Shown here: positions 8,964-18,017 of the stretch, piece by piece | How positions within the stretch are numbered: position 1 is the first letter of the stretch | Layout: each line of letters opens with the position of its first letter | Source of the DNA: an uncultured Erysipelotrichaceae bacterium | GTDB lineage: Bacteria; Bacillota_I; Bacilli_A; Erysipelotrichales; Erysipelotrichaceae | Assembly: GCA_942492995.1 (NCBI GenBank) | Contig: OW818653.1 | Coordinates: forward strand, 450,001 to 482,000 | Direction: 5' to 3' | DNA: 32,000 nt | Position numbers and translations under genes: made by a program | Notes under the pieces: model-generated | What the model saw: only the letters and a program-made list of their open reading frames with translations | Database searches by the model: none | Told to the model about the DNA's origin: nothing

Positions 8964-10205
8964 ATGAAAGTAATTAAAGAACTTTGGTTATTTAAAGTTG
9001 CACAAGTTCTAATCGAAAAATACGGCTATAGTTTAATAGATGTACGTGCCATACAAGAAGAAATATGGTTAAATCATCCAGATAAACCTGAGTTTGGATT
9101 AATTCGATTATCCTTATACAAAGGCTTTGATCTAAAAAACATCAAAGAACGCACGATGAAAATCAAACAAGCCATTCTTCAAATCTTGCCCAATGTCGCA
9201 AAATTTTATGATGTAGAAATTGATGAAGAGGGTTCTTTACAAGAAGATGAAACAGAAAGAATACACATTGTAATTAGTCCTGATACCGAAAGTAAACTAT
9301 TTGAAGTCTTTCCTGAGATTAAACTAGCGTTTACGCAAAGTGATGATCCAGAAAAAGAATTAGAAGAGTTAAAGAAACGTATCCAAGTTACGCATACCCC
9401 TAAGAAACCACTAACATGGCTTGAACAAGTAAAGCTATTACCTAAGATGACGGTTGGTATTTTAATCTTATGTACAATTATTACCCTCGCTATTAATGGT
9501 ATTTCGTTATTAGGGTATGACATTATTTCAATTTCTATTTTGTTTGGGGCATATTATAAAACATTTATTTTAGCGAACTATGAAATTTGGCGCTTCTTTA
9601 CCGCTGGATTTATCCATATCGATATCTTCCATCTCGCCATGAATGGAATGGCTCTAATCAATATCGGTTCATTTGTGGAACGTTTATATGGTCCTAAGCG
9701 ATTATTATTAATCTTAATTAATGGGATTTTCTTTGGATCATTCTTCGTGTTTGTGGGTCAAGGAAATGTCTTATTAGTTGGATTAAGTGGTGGATTATAT
9801 GCACTACTTGGTGTTATGTTAGTCTATCTCTATGAGACGGGATTAATCCGTCAACCGATGATACAAACACAAGTTCTACGCATGGTATTTATGAATGTAT
9901 TAATCAACTTCTTACCAAACATCAGCGTATTAGGACACTTAGGTGGCTTAATCAGCGGTATTATGATTGGTATTATCTATGCGAAAAAACCATCATGGGC
10001 AGGATTACGTAAACATGCGATGATCGCATTAACACTAATGAGTCTATTTCTAATCTATTTTGGAGTTTCATACCCTAAAACAGAACCATACTATGTATTA
10101 ACTGATGAAGAAGTTATAAAGATTGCGAATGAGGTTGGATTAGGTTTCTATGCGGATCAATTAACTACGTCACTAAATGAATACTATAGCGAGGTTGCAC
10201 AATGA
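8964..10205 (+). CDS. Rhomboid intramembrane serine protease with a roughly 160-aa cytoplasmic N-terminal domain (GluP/YqgP-like architecture)
   Basis: Rhomboid core motifs: WRFFTAGFIH, catalytic GLSGGLYALLG, His in HLGGLISG, and at least 6 TM helices. Confidence 0.85.
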   Translation: MKVIKELWLFKVAQVLIEKYGYSLIDVRAIQEEIWLNHPDKPEFGLIRLSLYKGFDLKNIKERTMKIKQAILQILPNVAKFYDVEIDEEGSLQEDETERIHIVISPDTESKLFEVFPEIKLAFTQSDDPEKELEELKKRIQVTHTPKKPLTWLEQVKLLPKMTVGILILCTIITLAINGISLLGYDIISISILFGAYYKTFILANYEIWRFFTAGFIHIDIFHLAMNGMALINIGSFVERLYGPKRLLLILINGIFFGSFFVFVGQGNVLLVGLSGGLYALLGVMLVYLYETGLIRQPMIQTQVLRMVFMNVLINFLPNISVLGHLGGLISGIMIGIIYAKKPSWAGLRKHAMIALTLMSLFLIYFGVSYPKTEPYYVLTDEEVIKIANEVGLGFYADQLTTSLNEYYSEVAQ

Positions 10206-10681
10206 AACGAGACAATGTACTAAGCTGGGAAAGCTACTTTATGGGAATTGCCCATTTATCGGCATTACGATCAAAAGATCCTAACACACAAGTTGGGGCT
10301 GTTATCGTGGATGAAGATAAGAAAGTGGTTAGTATTGGTTATAATGGCTTTCCAAAAGGCTGTGATGACGATGCTTATCCATGGACGAGTGAGGGTACAA
10401 CGCTTGATTCTAAATACGCCTATGTCGTACATGCGGAACTCAATGCGATTTTAAATAGTCCACGCTCCGTAAAAGGCTGTACAATCTATGTCTCATTATT
10501 TCCATGTCATGAATGCGCTAAGGCAATCATTCAATCAGGTATTACCGGAATTGTTTATGAATCCGATAAATACGCGGATAGTGAAAGTGTTCAAGCAAGT
10601 AAACGTATGTTAAATAGCTCTGGCGTAACACTTCGCCAAAGTACGAAAAAAGTTAATATAAACGTAAGCGAGAACTATTAG
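10202..10681 (+). CDS. comEB: dCMP deaminase (ComEB-type cytidine/deoxycytidylate deaminase)
   Basis: Zinc motifs HAELNAI and PCHECAKAI. 159 aa. ATGA-coupled to the rhomboid gene. Confidence 0.85.
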   Translation: MKRDNVLSWESYFMGIAHLSALRSKDPNTQVGAVIVDEDKKVVSIGYNGFPKGCDDDAYPWTSEGTTLDSKYAYVVHAELNAILNSPRSVKGCTIYVSLFPCHECAKAIIQSGITGIVYESDKYADSESVQASKRMLNSSGVTLRQSTKKVNINVSENY

Positions 10682-10697
10682 AGGTTCTCGCTTTTTT
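10666..10697 (+). terminator. Intrinsic terminator of comEB, lying inside the 3' end of convergent rnhC
   Basis: AAGCGAGAAC(10666-10675)-8 nt loop-GTTCTCGCTT(10684-10693), running into TTTTTT. The loop contains both stop codons (TAG 10679-10681 plus strand; TAA 10680-10678 minus strand). Confidence 0.7.
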
Positions 10698-11523
10698 GTG
10701 TATTTTTGAAATGTGTCTTTGCGACTAGATTCAATTTATCTTTACCAAATTCTTGGACAAACCGTACAATCGCATGATCGACAAGTTCACCCGATCCTTT
10801 AGGAAAGGTAAATCCATATTTCTCTTCCATCTTATCCCAAACCAATAAGAAGGTATAACGTGCAATAATCGATGCACACGCTACCGCTAAATACTTACTC
10901 TCCGCTTTAGTCTCAAAGTGTAACGTTCGTATAACATCTTTCTCTTTCTTAAGATAATTGTAATAGAGATTTTCTGGAGTAAACTGATCTACGACATTCA
11001 GCTTAGGTAACTGTTTAATCTTCTTCTCTAAATGACGATAGGCTTGGTTATGTAATAATGCTTTAATCGCATTAAGATTGTATTGTTGGTGTATCTGATT
11101 ATACTTAACATTATCGACAATTAGTGCACTATGCGGTAATACTTCGATTAATTTAGGCGCAATCTTACGAATTGTTGGATCATCCAATTGTTTGGAATCT
11201 TGAATAAACTTAGAATCTATTTTACTTAATAATTCTTGATTAACATAACACGCGACAACCACAACTGGCCCAAAATAATCACCCGTCCCAACTTCATCAC
11301 TTCCACTGTGTTCATAGATTGTAGGTTGAAACATGGATTGGTAAGCGGACACATCTTTGCCTTGGAAGACTGCTTTCTTTGACTTATATACCGTAATCTT
11401 ACAGTCACTTAAGGTAAAAATAGCGTCAATTGTCGCATTATCTGATTTTTCCATATTCGAAAAATTCGATTTTTTCAAATCTTGAATCTGTTTGTCCGTG
11501 AGAGTTATTGAGAATACAGCCAT
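10678..11523 (-). CDS. rnhC: Ribonuclease HIII
   Basis: 281 aa with GSDEVGTGDYFGPVVVVACYV (the RNase HIII active-site DE motif) and an N-terminal TBP-like domain. It sits next to cvpA-mutS2, as in Bacillus. Confidence 0.9.
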   Translation of the reverse strand: MAVFSITLTDKQIQDLKKSNFSNMEKSDNATIDAIFTLSDCKITVYKSKKAVFQGKDVSAYQSMFQPTIYEHSGSDEVGTGDYFGPVVVVACYVNQELLSKIDSKFIQDSKQLDDPTIRKIAPKLIEVLPHSALIVDNVKYNQIHQQYNLNAIKALLHNQAYRHLEKKIKQLPKLNVVDQFTPENLYYNYLKKEKDVIRTLHFETKAESKYLAVACASIIARYTFLLVWDKMEEKYGFTFPKGSGELVDHAIVRFVQEFGKDKLNLVAKTHFKNTQKSENL

Positions 11524-11529
11524 GGACCT

Positions 11530-11538
11530 ATTTTAACA
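11530..11538 (-). promoter_or_regulatory. Extended -10 (TGTTAAAAT) 6 nt upstream of the rnhC ATG; leaderless candidate
   Basis: The minus strand reads TGTTAAAAT-AGGTCC-ATG. There is no usable SD (AGG is only 3 nt from the ATG). Confidence 0.4.
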
Positions 11539-11543
11539 TAGGT

Positions 11544-11572
11544 TTGAATTTAATCCCATTATCCATTAAACT
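11544..11572 (+). promoter_or_regulatory. Predicted promoter for cvpA-mutS2-uvrC
   Basis: TTGAAT (11544-11549), 17-nt spacer, TAAACT (11567-11572). SD GAGG at 11579-11582. Confidence 0.4.
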
Positions 11573-11590
11573 AAAGAAGAGGTTTTAACA

Positions 11591-12352
11591 ATGACATTTC
11601 CAGTAACATATATTCCATATCTAAATATCGCACTCCTTGTAATCATCGCATTTTTCGCATGGCGTGCATTTCATAAAGGATTTCTTATTCTTTTCTTAGA
11701 AACCGTAAGTCTAATCGTCGCATTAATCGTCGCTGGACTATTGGCTAAACCATTAGCGCTCGCTCTACCGTTATATGCAGTGGATGAAGTTCTATTAAGT
11801 TTACCTTTAATCGGTAATCTATTCTCTGTTCAAATTAATACCTTTATTTGGTTTATCATCCTATTTATCATAATTAGCTTAGTCTTATGGTTATTACGTC
11901 CAATCTTCCATGTAATTAGCAAGATACCAGTAATAAAAGGTATTAATCGTATCTTAGGCATGGGATTTGGAATTATTCAGGCAATCGTTCTTATCTGGGT
12001 ATTAAGTCTATTACTCTTAACGCCACTCGTAAAGAATGGACAAGAAGTCGTACAGAATAGCGCATTGAAATACTATGATGTATTAACACAAGTTATTGTA
12101 GTAAATACAGATATAAAAGAAATAAGCATCTTAAAAGTAGTATCCAATGGATCAATAAACGATGAAGATCGTGAAAATATTAAAACATGGTTAATTGATT
12201 CTGGGCTTGAAAGTCCAGAAAAAGAAGTGGTGTATAAGATTCTCGTTCGCGATAGTTTAAATGACCAAGACATTGAAGTGCTTAAAGCATGGTTAAATGA
12301 ACATCAAATCGAACAAGCTAAGATAGATGCACTTCTAGAAAGATTTAAATAA
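11591..12352 (+). CDS. cvpA: CvpA (colicin V production) family membrane protein with a roughly 75-aa C-terminal cytoplasmic extension
   Basis: Four hydrophobic helices with a CvpA-like N-terminus (AWRAFHKGFLILFLETVS). Its position between rnhC and mutS2 matches Bacillus yshB. Confidence 0.6.
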   Translation: MTFPVTYIPYLNIALLVIIAFFAWRAFHKGFLILFLETVSLIVALIVAGLLAKPLALALPLYAVDEVLLSLPLIGNLFSVQINTFIWFIILFIIISLVLWLLRPIFHVISKIPVIKGINRILGMGFGIIQAIVLIWVLSLLLLTPLVKNGQEVVQNSALKYYDVLTQVIVVNTDIKEISILKVVSNGSINDEDRENIKTWLIDSGLESPEKEVVYKILVRDSLNDQDIEVLKAWLNEHQIEQAKIDALLERFK

Positions 12353-12353
12353 A

Positions 12354-14648
12354 ATGAGTTGGGATGTATTAGAGTATCCATTAGTCTTAGAAGAAGTATC
12401 ACGTTACACACAGTTCTCATTATCAAGAGAATTGATTTTAAACTTAAGTCCGCAGTATAAACCATTATGGGTTATCCGTGAAAACCATCGTACTGAAGAA
12501 GCGATGGAGTTTTTACGTATAGCGGGATCATGTCCGATGTCTGGTATGCGCGATATCTATACTCCTTTAGAGAAGGCGAGTAAAGATATTATTCTTGGCA
12601 TCGAAGAATTAATGGAAGTTGCGGTATTTGGTAGAGGATTATCCCTCGCAAAATCGTATTATCAAAAAGCTGAAGTTAAGAAAGTATATTTAGCTGATCT
12701 ATTTGATTCAATCCAGGAACATACACGAGTTAGTATCGAAATCGAGAAATGCATAAGTCCAAGTTTAGAAATGTTGGATAGTGCATCATCAACTCTAAAA
12801 TCAATTCGTACACGTTATCGAAAAGCCCTCAGTGATCGCGAACAAGTAACACAACGTTTTATGCACCAAAACGCATCTAAATTATCCGATTCAATTAGCG
12901 CAATTCGTAATGATCGAGTTGTTGTGTTGGTTAAATCAAGTGAAAAGAATAGTTTTGGTGGATTAATTCATGGGGAATCAGCGTCTGGTTTATCTACGTA
13001 TGTGGAACCACCTGTATTGCTCGATTTGAACAATAAAGTAAGTTTATTACTCGAAGAAGAAAAAGAAGAAATTATTCGTATCTGTAAAGAATTGAGTCAT
13101 TTAATCAAACCGATTAGTGAAGATTATATTAACGCACTTGAAACGATGGCACTTATAGATAGTTATTTTGCGCGTGCTCGTTTCGGAGAAATCCATCAAG
13201 GAAGAGTAGTTGAGCTTGTTGAAGATTCCACAATCTATTTCAAAGGCGCACGTCATCCATTGATTGATCCAAAATTTGTCGTAGCGAATACCTATCATCT
13301 CGAATCATCACATCCTGTATTATTGATTACAGGGCCGAATACAGGCGGAAAGACAGTTAGCCTAAAGATATTAGGACTTTTCTGTTTAATGGGTTACAGT
13401 GGCATTCCTGTGCTCGCAGATGAAGCAAGCTGTCCAATGTTTGATCAAATCTTCGTAGATATTGGGGATGATCAATCCATTGTCCAAAGTTTATCGACAT
13501 TCTCAGCCCATTTATCGAAATTATCAACCATCTGTGATCAAGCTACATCTAAATCACTTGTGCTATTAGATGAACTTGGTGGTGGGACTGATCCTCAAGA
13601 AGGGGAAAGTTTAGCCATTGCGGTACTTGATTATCTTAAACATAAAGGCGTTAAGGTTGTTGCGACGACCCATTATTCTAAACTAAAAGAATACGCACTA
13701 AAGAGTAATGATGTTTTAATGGCATCCGTACAATTTGATATGGAAGCCATGCGTCCAACATTTAAATACTTAGAAGGTATTGCGGGTCAATCGTATGCGT
13801 TTGAAATCGCAGCACGTTTTAATCTGAATCCAAGTATTCTTGAACAAGCACTACAACTTAAAACAGAAGCGAAGAGTGAACAAGCTTTACTCCAAGAAAA
13901 ACTTGAACGCAAGATGATTGAACTTAAACAATTTGAAGAAACACTTCTTTCCCAACAAGCTGAGTTAGAAGAATTACGCGCTAAGTTGATTAAACAAGAT
14001 GAATTATTTAATCAAGATAAAGAAAAACGCTTGAATAAGGCAAAAGAAGAAATTGATCAATTAATCGAAACAGCTCAAGAAGAAGCCCAAGAAATACTCG
14101 ATGAAATGCGTGCCCAGAAACAAGCACCGATTCATGAACTGATTACCAAGAAACACCAAATCGATGCGAAACGTTTAAAAGTTAAACAAGAACCAAGTCT
14201 CGAAAACATCGAAATAGGGGATTGGGTTAAACTACGTTCTACCAACCAACAAGGACAAGTTATACAACTTAAGAAAAAACAAATCATTGTGAATATCAAT
14301 GGTATACGTATGGAAGTCAGTACATCACAAGTAATGCGTGGTGAAGCACCTAAATCCGTTAAACAAGTTTCAATCAAACACGAAACCGTCGCATCCGTTC
14401 CACTCGAATTAAATGTGATTGGGTATCGTGTCGAAGAAGCACTTCCGTTAGTTAGTCAATACATTGATAACTGTTTACGTGCTAAGATGCCATTTGCACG
14501 AATTATTCATGGACATGGGACAGGGGCACTACGCCAAGCTGTACATACACTTCTATCTAAACAAGATCGCATTGATACCTATCGTTTAGGCGGTCAAGGT
14601 GAAGGTGGCGTTGGCGCTACAGTCGTGACATTTAAGAGTCAAATATGA
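12354..14648 (+). CDS. mutS2: Endonuclease MutS2 (MutS ATPase domain plus C-terminal Smr domain)
   Basis: Walker A GPNTGGKT, DELGGGTDP, a coiled-coil linker, and an Smr domain (LNVIGYRVEEAL..IIHGHGTGALR). Confidence 0.95.
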   Translation: MSWDVLEYPLVLEEVSRYTQFSLSRELILNLSPQYKPLWVIRENHRTEEAMEFLRIAGSCPMSGMRDIYTPLEKASKDIILGIEELMEVAVFGRGLSLAKSYYQKAEVKKVYLADLFDSIQEHTRVSIEIEKCISPSLEMLDSASSTLKSIRTRYRKALSDREQVTQRFMHQNASKLSDSISAIRNDRVVVLVKSSEKNSFGGLIHGESASGLSTYVEPPVLLDLNNKVSLLLEEEKEEIIRICKELSHLIKPISEDYINALETMALIDSYFARARFGEIHQGRVVELVEDSTIYFKGARHPLIDPKFVVANTYHLESSHPVLLITGPNTGGKTVSLKILGLFCLMGYSGIPVLADEASCPMFDQIFVDIGDDQSIVQSLSTFSAHLSKLSTICDQATSKSLVLLDELGGGTDPQEGESLAIAVLDYLKHKGVKVVATTHYSKLKEYALKSNDVLMASVQFDMEAMRPTFKYLEGIAGQSYAFEIAARFNLNPSILEQALQLKTEAKSEQALLQEKLERKMIELKQFEETLLSQQAELEELRAKLIKQDELFNQDKEKRLNKAKEEIDQLIETAQEEAQEILDEMRAQKQAPIHELITKKHQIDAKRLKVKQEPSLENIEIGDWVKLRSTNQQGQVIQLKKKQIIVNINGIRMEVSTSQVMRGEAPKSVKQVSIKHETVASVPLELNVIGYRVEEALPLVSQYIDNCLRAKMPFARIIHGHGTGALRQAVHTLLSKQDRIDTYRLGGQGEGGVGATVVTFKSQI

Positions 14649-16417
14649 GTAATATTAACTTAAAAGATAAATTATCGACATTACCAATGGAACCTGGTTG
14701 TTACATCATGAAAGACAAAGATGGTGTAATCATCTATGTTGGTAAAGCGAAAAAACTAAAAAATAGGGTAAACCAGTATTTCATGGGTGCCCATGATTAT
14801 AAAACAACGAAACTTGTAAGTCAGATCGTGGATTTTGATACGATTGTTACATCTACAGAAAAGGAATCACTAATCTTAGAAATCAATTTAATCAAGAAAC
14901 ATCGACCTCGTTATAACATTATGTTTATGGATGATAAATCCTATCCATACATCAAGATAACCCAAGAAAAGTATCCTAAATTAACTGTAGTACGTGAACA
15001 AAAGAAAGATAAGAAAGCCAATTACTATGGTCCTTTTCCAGATGCGAGTGCTGCTCACAATATGGCAAGTTTACTTAATTCGATTTATCCATTACGTAAA
15101 TGTGGAATCTTACCGAAGAAAGTATGTTTATACTACCACTTAGGTCAATGTTTAGGACCATGTGAGTTTAAAGTTGAAGATGATGTATACCCGAATATGA
15201 TCAAAGAAATCGTACAAGTTCTTAAAGGGGATGATAAAGCCTTGAGAATTCGATTAAATGATCAAATGAAAAGTGCGACTGAAACATTGAACTATGAAAA
15301 GGCAATGATCTATCGTGACTTCTTACGATCTCTTGACCATGTCTTAGATAAACAAACAGTTAACAATGAGAATCGTATTGACCGTGATGCGTTTAACTAT
15401 TATGAGAAAGATGGCATGTTAACGATTACCGCTTTAATCGTCCGTGGTGGGCAATTAATGGATCGACATCTATTAACTCAAGTCTTAGTTGATGACGCCT
15501 CAGAGAGCTTTGAAAACTTTATCCTACAGTATTATGAATCACAACCTCTACCAAAAGAAGTATTAGTCCCTTCAACATTCGATACAACGAATATTAGTTC
15601 GATCTTAAATACGAAAGTACTCCAACCACAACGGGGTGAGCTAAAGAAATTAATGGATTTAGTTCTTATCAATGCGATGAATCATCATCGTCAACACTCC
15701 ACAATTATAAAGAAGAATAATGAATTACACGATAAAGCTCTAAATGAGCTTAAACTTAGATTAAATCTAGACTCTGTAAATCGTATTGAACTCTACGATA
15801 ACTCCCATATTTCAGGACAATTCGCATCAAGCGCATGTGTTGTATTCATGGATGGAAGTCCAAGTAAGAAAGATTATCGATTATACAATCTACACAATGG
15901 CGCAGATGATGTGAAAAACATGGAAGAAGTTATCTACCGTCGTTTCTTACGTGCAATCAAAGAAAATCAAACATTACCCAATCTAATCCTAATGGATGGT
16001 GGTTATACCCAAGTCCAAGCTGCGATTCGTAGTATGGAAAGTTTGGATATACATGTACCCATCTATGGATTAGTCAAAGATGATAAACATACAACATCTG
16101 CATTAATGGATAAATATGGTGATCGTATTGAACTTAAAGACCAACAAGAAACCTTCTTCTTACTCAGTCGTATGCAAGATGAAGTACATCGTTTCGTTTT
16201 ATCACATCACCAAAAACGTCGTTCAAAAGCACAGACGAAATCCATCTTAGAAGAGATTGAAGGGGTTGGACCTAAACGTCGCTTAGCACTCCTTAAAGCA
16301 TTCAAATCAGTCCAAGGTATAATGGAAGCACCAATCGAAAAACTCGAAGAAGTCGTTGGTAAATCCCTCGCAAAAGACTTAAAGAAGCGTATTCAAGAAA
16401 AAAGAGAAATGGTATAA
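14645..16417 (+). CDS. uvrC: Excinuclease ABC subunit C
   Basis: GIY-YIG N-terminus (GCYIMKDKDGVIIYVGKAKKLKNRVNQY), a UvrB-interacting region, an Endo V-like domain and C-terminal (HhH)2 (IEGVGPKRRLALLKAF). ATGA-coupled to mutS2. Confidence 0.95.
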   Translation: MSNINLKDKLSTLPMEPGCYIMKDKDGVIIYVGKAKKLKNRVNQYFMGAHDYKTTKLVSQIVDFDTIVTSTEKESLILEINLIKKHRPRYNIMFMDDKSYPYIKITQEKYPKLTVVREQKKDKKANYYGPFPDASAAHNMASLLNSIYPLRKCGILPKKVCLYYHLGQCLGPCEFKVEDDVYPNMIKEIVQVLKGDDKALRIRLNDQMKSATETLNYEKAMIYRDFLRSLDHVLDKQTVNNENRIDRDAFNYYEKDGMLTITALIVRGGQLMDRHLLTQVLVDDASESFENFILQYYESQPLPKEVLVPSTFDTTNISSILNTKVLQPQRGELKKLMDLVLINAMNHHRQHSTIIKKNNELHDKALNELKLRLNLDSVNRIELYDNSHISGQFASSACVVFMDGSPSKKDYRLYNLHNGADDVKNMEEVIYRRFLRAIKENQTLPNLILMDGGYTQVQAAIRSMESLDIHVPIYGLVKDDKHTTSALMDKYGDRIELKDQQETFFLLSRMQDEVHRFVLSHHQKRRSKAQTKSILEEIEGVGPKRRLALLKAFKSVQGIMEAPIEKLEEVVGKSLAKDLKKRIQEKREMV

Positions 16418-16418
16418 T
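16410..16418 (+). promoter_or_regulatory. Extended -10 (TGGTATAAT) overlapping the uvrC stop, 9 nt before the murI ATG
   Basis: TGGTATAAT-ACACACATT-ATG(16428). There is no SD, so this would be a very short or absent leader. Confidence 0.35.
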
Positions 16419-16427
16419 ACACACATT

Positions 16428-17174
16428 ATGACAATCGGAATTATCGACTCAGGTTTAGGTGGATATAGTATCTATCATGCCTTACATCAAGCTTATCCTA
16501 AAGCATCTTTTCATTTTTTAGCTGATCAAAGAAACGCACCCTATGGAAATAAAACATCCGAAGAAATAAAAACGATTGCGACTAAGAATATCGCATGGTT
16601 TGAATCCAATGGAATACATGAAGTTGTGATCGCATGTAATACATTAAATGCGGTTGCGCTTGAGCATCTAAAAATGACATTCCCGAAGATTCAATTTTAT
16701 GACATCGTGTATCCAACCGTTAAACAAATGGATTTATTGAATATTAAATCCGTGCTTGTTGTCGCAACTCGATTAGCCATACAAAGTAATATCTACGCAA
16801 ACACAATCCATCAACTTTATCCCAATTTAAATGTTCGAAGTGTTGCGTTACCTGAACTTGTGACATTAATCGAAGGACTATCACCTCAAGAACAAATGAC
16901 ATCTTATTTACAGAACTGTTTAAATCAAGAAGACTTAAATCAAGATGCTTTAATCTTAGGATGTACACATTATCCACTCGCAATGAATGCCTTTAAAGAA
17001 ACATATGCACATCAAATGTTAGATTCAATTGAAGTGATGGTAAAACAATTCAAACATAAAAATTTACAAGAAGGCGAAAGTAGATGCTTTACAACGAAAG
17101 ATAGTGATTTTGCGAAACATCAAGTTGCGGAACTCTTTCATATCAACGAAGAATTTACTAAAATAGAAGTATAG
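16428..17174 (+). CDS. murI: Glutamate racemase
   Basis: IIDSGLGG, VIACNTLN and GCTHYPL, i.e. the two catalytic Cys motifs. Confidence 0.9.
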   Translation: MTIGIIDSGLGGYSIYHALHQAYPKASFHFLADQRNAPYGNKTSEEIKTIATKNIAWFESNGIHEVVIACNTLNAVALEHLKMTFPKIQFYDIVYPTVKQMDLLNIKSVLVVATRLAIQSNIYANTIHQLYPNLNVRSVALPELVTLIEGLSPQEQMTSYLQNCLNQEDLNQDALILGCTHYPLAMNAFKETYAHQMLDSIEVMVKQFKHKNLQEGESRCFTTKDSDFAKHQVAELFHINEEFTKIEV

Positions 17175-17181
17175 GTGAAGT

Positions 17182-17670
17182 ATGATCTTAGTGGTAATTA
17201 GTGATAGTCATGGCAGAAATGAAGTTTTTAGTCAACTCAGAGAAATGTACCCAACTGCCTCTGCGTATCTTCATTGCGGTGATAGTGAATGTCCAGCATC
17301 TGAACTCGATGGTTTTGTCAGTATTCAAGGGAATAACGATTTGTACTTCGATTATCCTAAACAAATCATTCTTGATTTAGATGGTATTCGTGTACTTCTA
17401 ATTCATGGTCACCAATATCCAATGTATGCCGTAACTGAAAAACTTATTGAAAAAGCAATCAATGATGATTGCCAATTAGTTCTTTATGGTCATACCCATG
17501 TCTATAAGGTTACTCAATATAAAGATATTGTGTTAGTTAATCCAGGTTCAATTCATTATAATAGAGATGGAAGTGAACCAACGTATGCGATTGTGACAAT
17601 TCTAAATGGAAAGATTGATGTGGAACGAAAAACACTCCCACGTGAACATAAATCAAGAAAATGGTTTTGA
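17182..17670 (+). CDS. YfcE/YsnB family metallophosphoesterase
   Basis: The calcineurin-like motif series DSHG, GDSE, GNND, HGH, GHTH. SD AGGTGA lies upstream. It follows the racemase gene, as Bacillus ysnB follows racE. Confidence 0.85.
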   Translation: MILVVISDSHGRNEVFSQLREMYPTASAYLHCGDSECPASELDGFVSIQGNNDLYFDYPKQIILDLDGIRVLLIHGHQYPMYAVTEKLIEKAINDDCQLVLYGHTHVYKVTQYKDIVLVNPGSIHYNRDGSEPTYAIVTILNGKIDVERKTLPREHKSRKWF

Positions 17671-17673
17671 ATC

Positions 17674-17702
17674 TTGAAAACTAATGGTTTATTTGTTAAG
17701 AT
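17674..17702 (+). promoter_or_regulatory. Predicted promoter for tRNA-Arg
   Basis: TTGAAA (17674-17679), 17-nt spacer, TGtTAAGAT (17694-17702). The predicted TSS lies a few nt before the mature tRNA 5' end. Confidence 0.5.
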
Positions 17703-17713
17703 AATACAGCGTT

Positions 17714-17790
17714 GTCCTTGTAGCTCAGCTGGATAGAGCATACGCCTTCTAAGCGTACGGTCAGGGGTTCGAGTCCCTTCAAGGACGCCA
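17714..17790 (+). tRNA. tRNA-Arg (anticodon TCT), CCA encoded
   Basis: Acceptor stem GTCCTTG/CAAGGAC, D-arm TAGCTCAGCTGGATAGAGCA, anticodon stem TACGC/GCGTA with loop CT-TCT-AA, T-arm GGGGTTCGAGTCCCT, discriminator G plus CCA. Confidence 0.93.
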
Positions 17791-17799
17791 ATTGTAATT

Positions 17800-17828
17800 A
17801 AATCCTTATTCTATAAGGATTTTTTTAT
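17800..17828 (+). terminator. Intrinsic terminator after tRNA-Arg
   Basis: AAATCCTTA(17800-17808)-TTCTA-TAAGGATTT(17814-17822) followed by a T-run. Confidence 0.8.
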
Positions 17829-17844
17829 TATATAAAGTTAAATT

Positions 17845-17853
17845 TGATATACT
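17845..17853 (+). promoter_or_regulatory. Extended -10 (TGATATACT) upstream of the 39-aa ORF
   Basis: TGaTATACT sits 14 nt upstream of the GGGGGA SD. The -35 is weak. Confidence 0.4.
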
Positions 17854-17879
17854 TATTTTAATAAAATGGGGGATATAAA

Positions 17880-17999
17880 ATGGCTGGTTTTCTAGTTTAT
17901 ACCGTATTTGGATTTATATTTTTTGGATTATTAATGATAATCTTAAAATATGTTATCAAATCCGCAATCATCGAAGCACATCAAGAAATAAAAAAATAA
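17880..17999 (+). CDS. Unannotated 39-aa hydrophobic peptide (single TM helix plus a charged C-terminal tail)
   Basis: Below the track cutoff. ATG 17880 is preceded by GGGGGA (17868-17873, 6-nt spacing). Translation is MAGFLVYTVFGFIFFGLLMIILKYVIKSAIIEAHQEIKK*. It has its own extended -10 and a downstream hairpin. Confidence 0.4.
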   Translation: MAGFLVYTVFGFIFFGLLMIILKYVIKSAIIEAHQEIKK

Positions 18000-18016
18000 A
18001 CCTGTAAAAGGTTTAT
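17996..18016. terminator. Possible bidirectional terminator shared by the 39-aa ORF and the convergent membrane-protein operon
   Basis: ATAAACCT(17996-18003)-GTAAA-AGGTTTAT(18009-18016), with an A-run upstream and a T-run downstream. The stem is AT-rich (2 GC pairs), so it is weak. Confidence 0.45.
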
Positions 18017-18017
18017 T

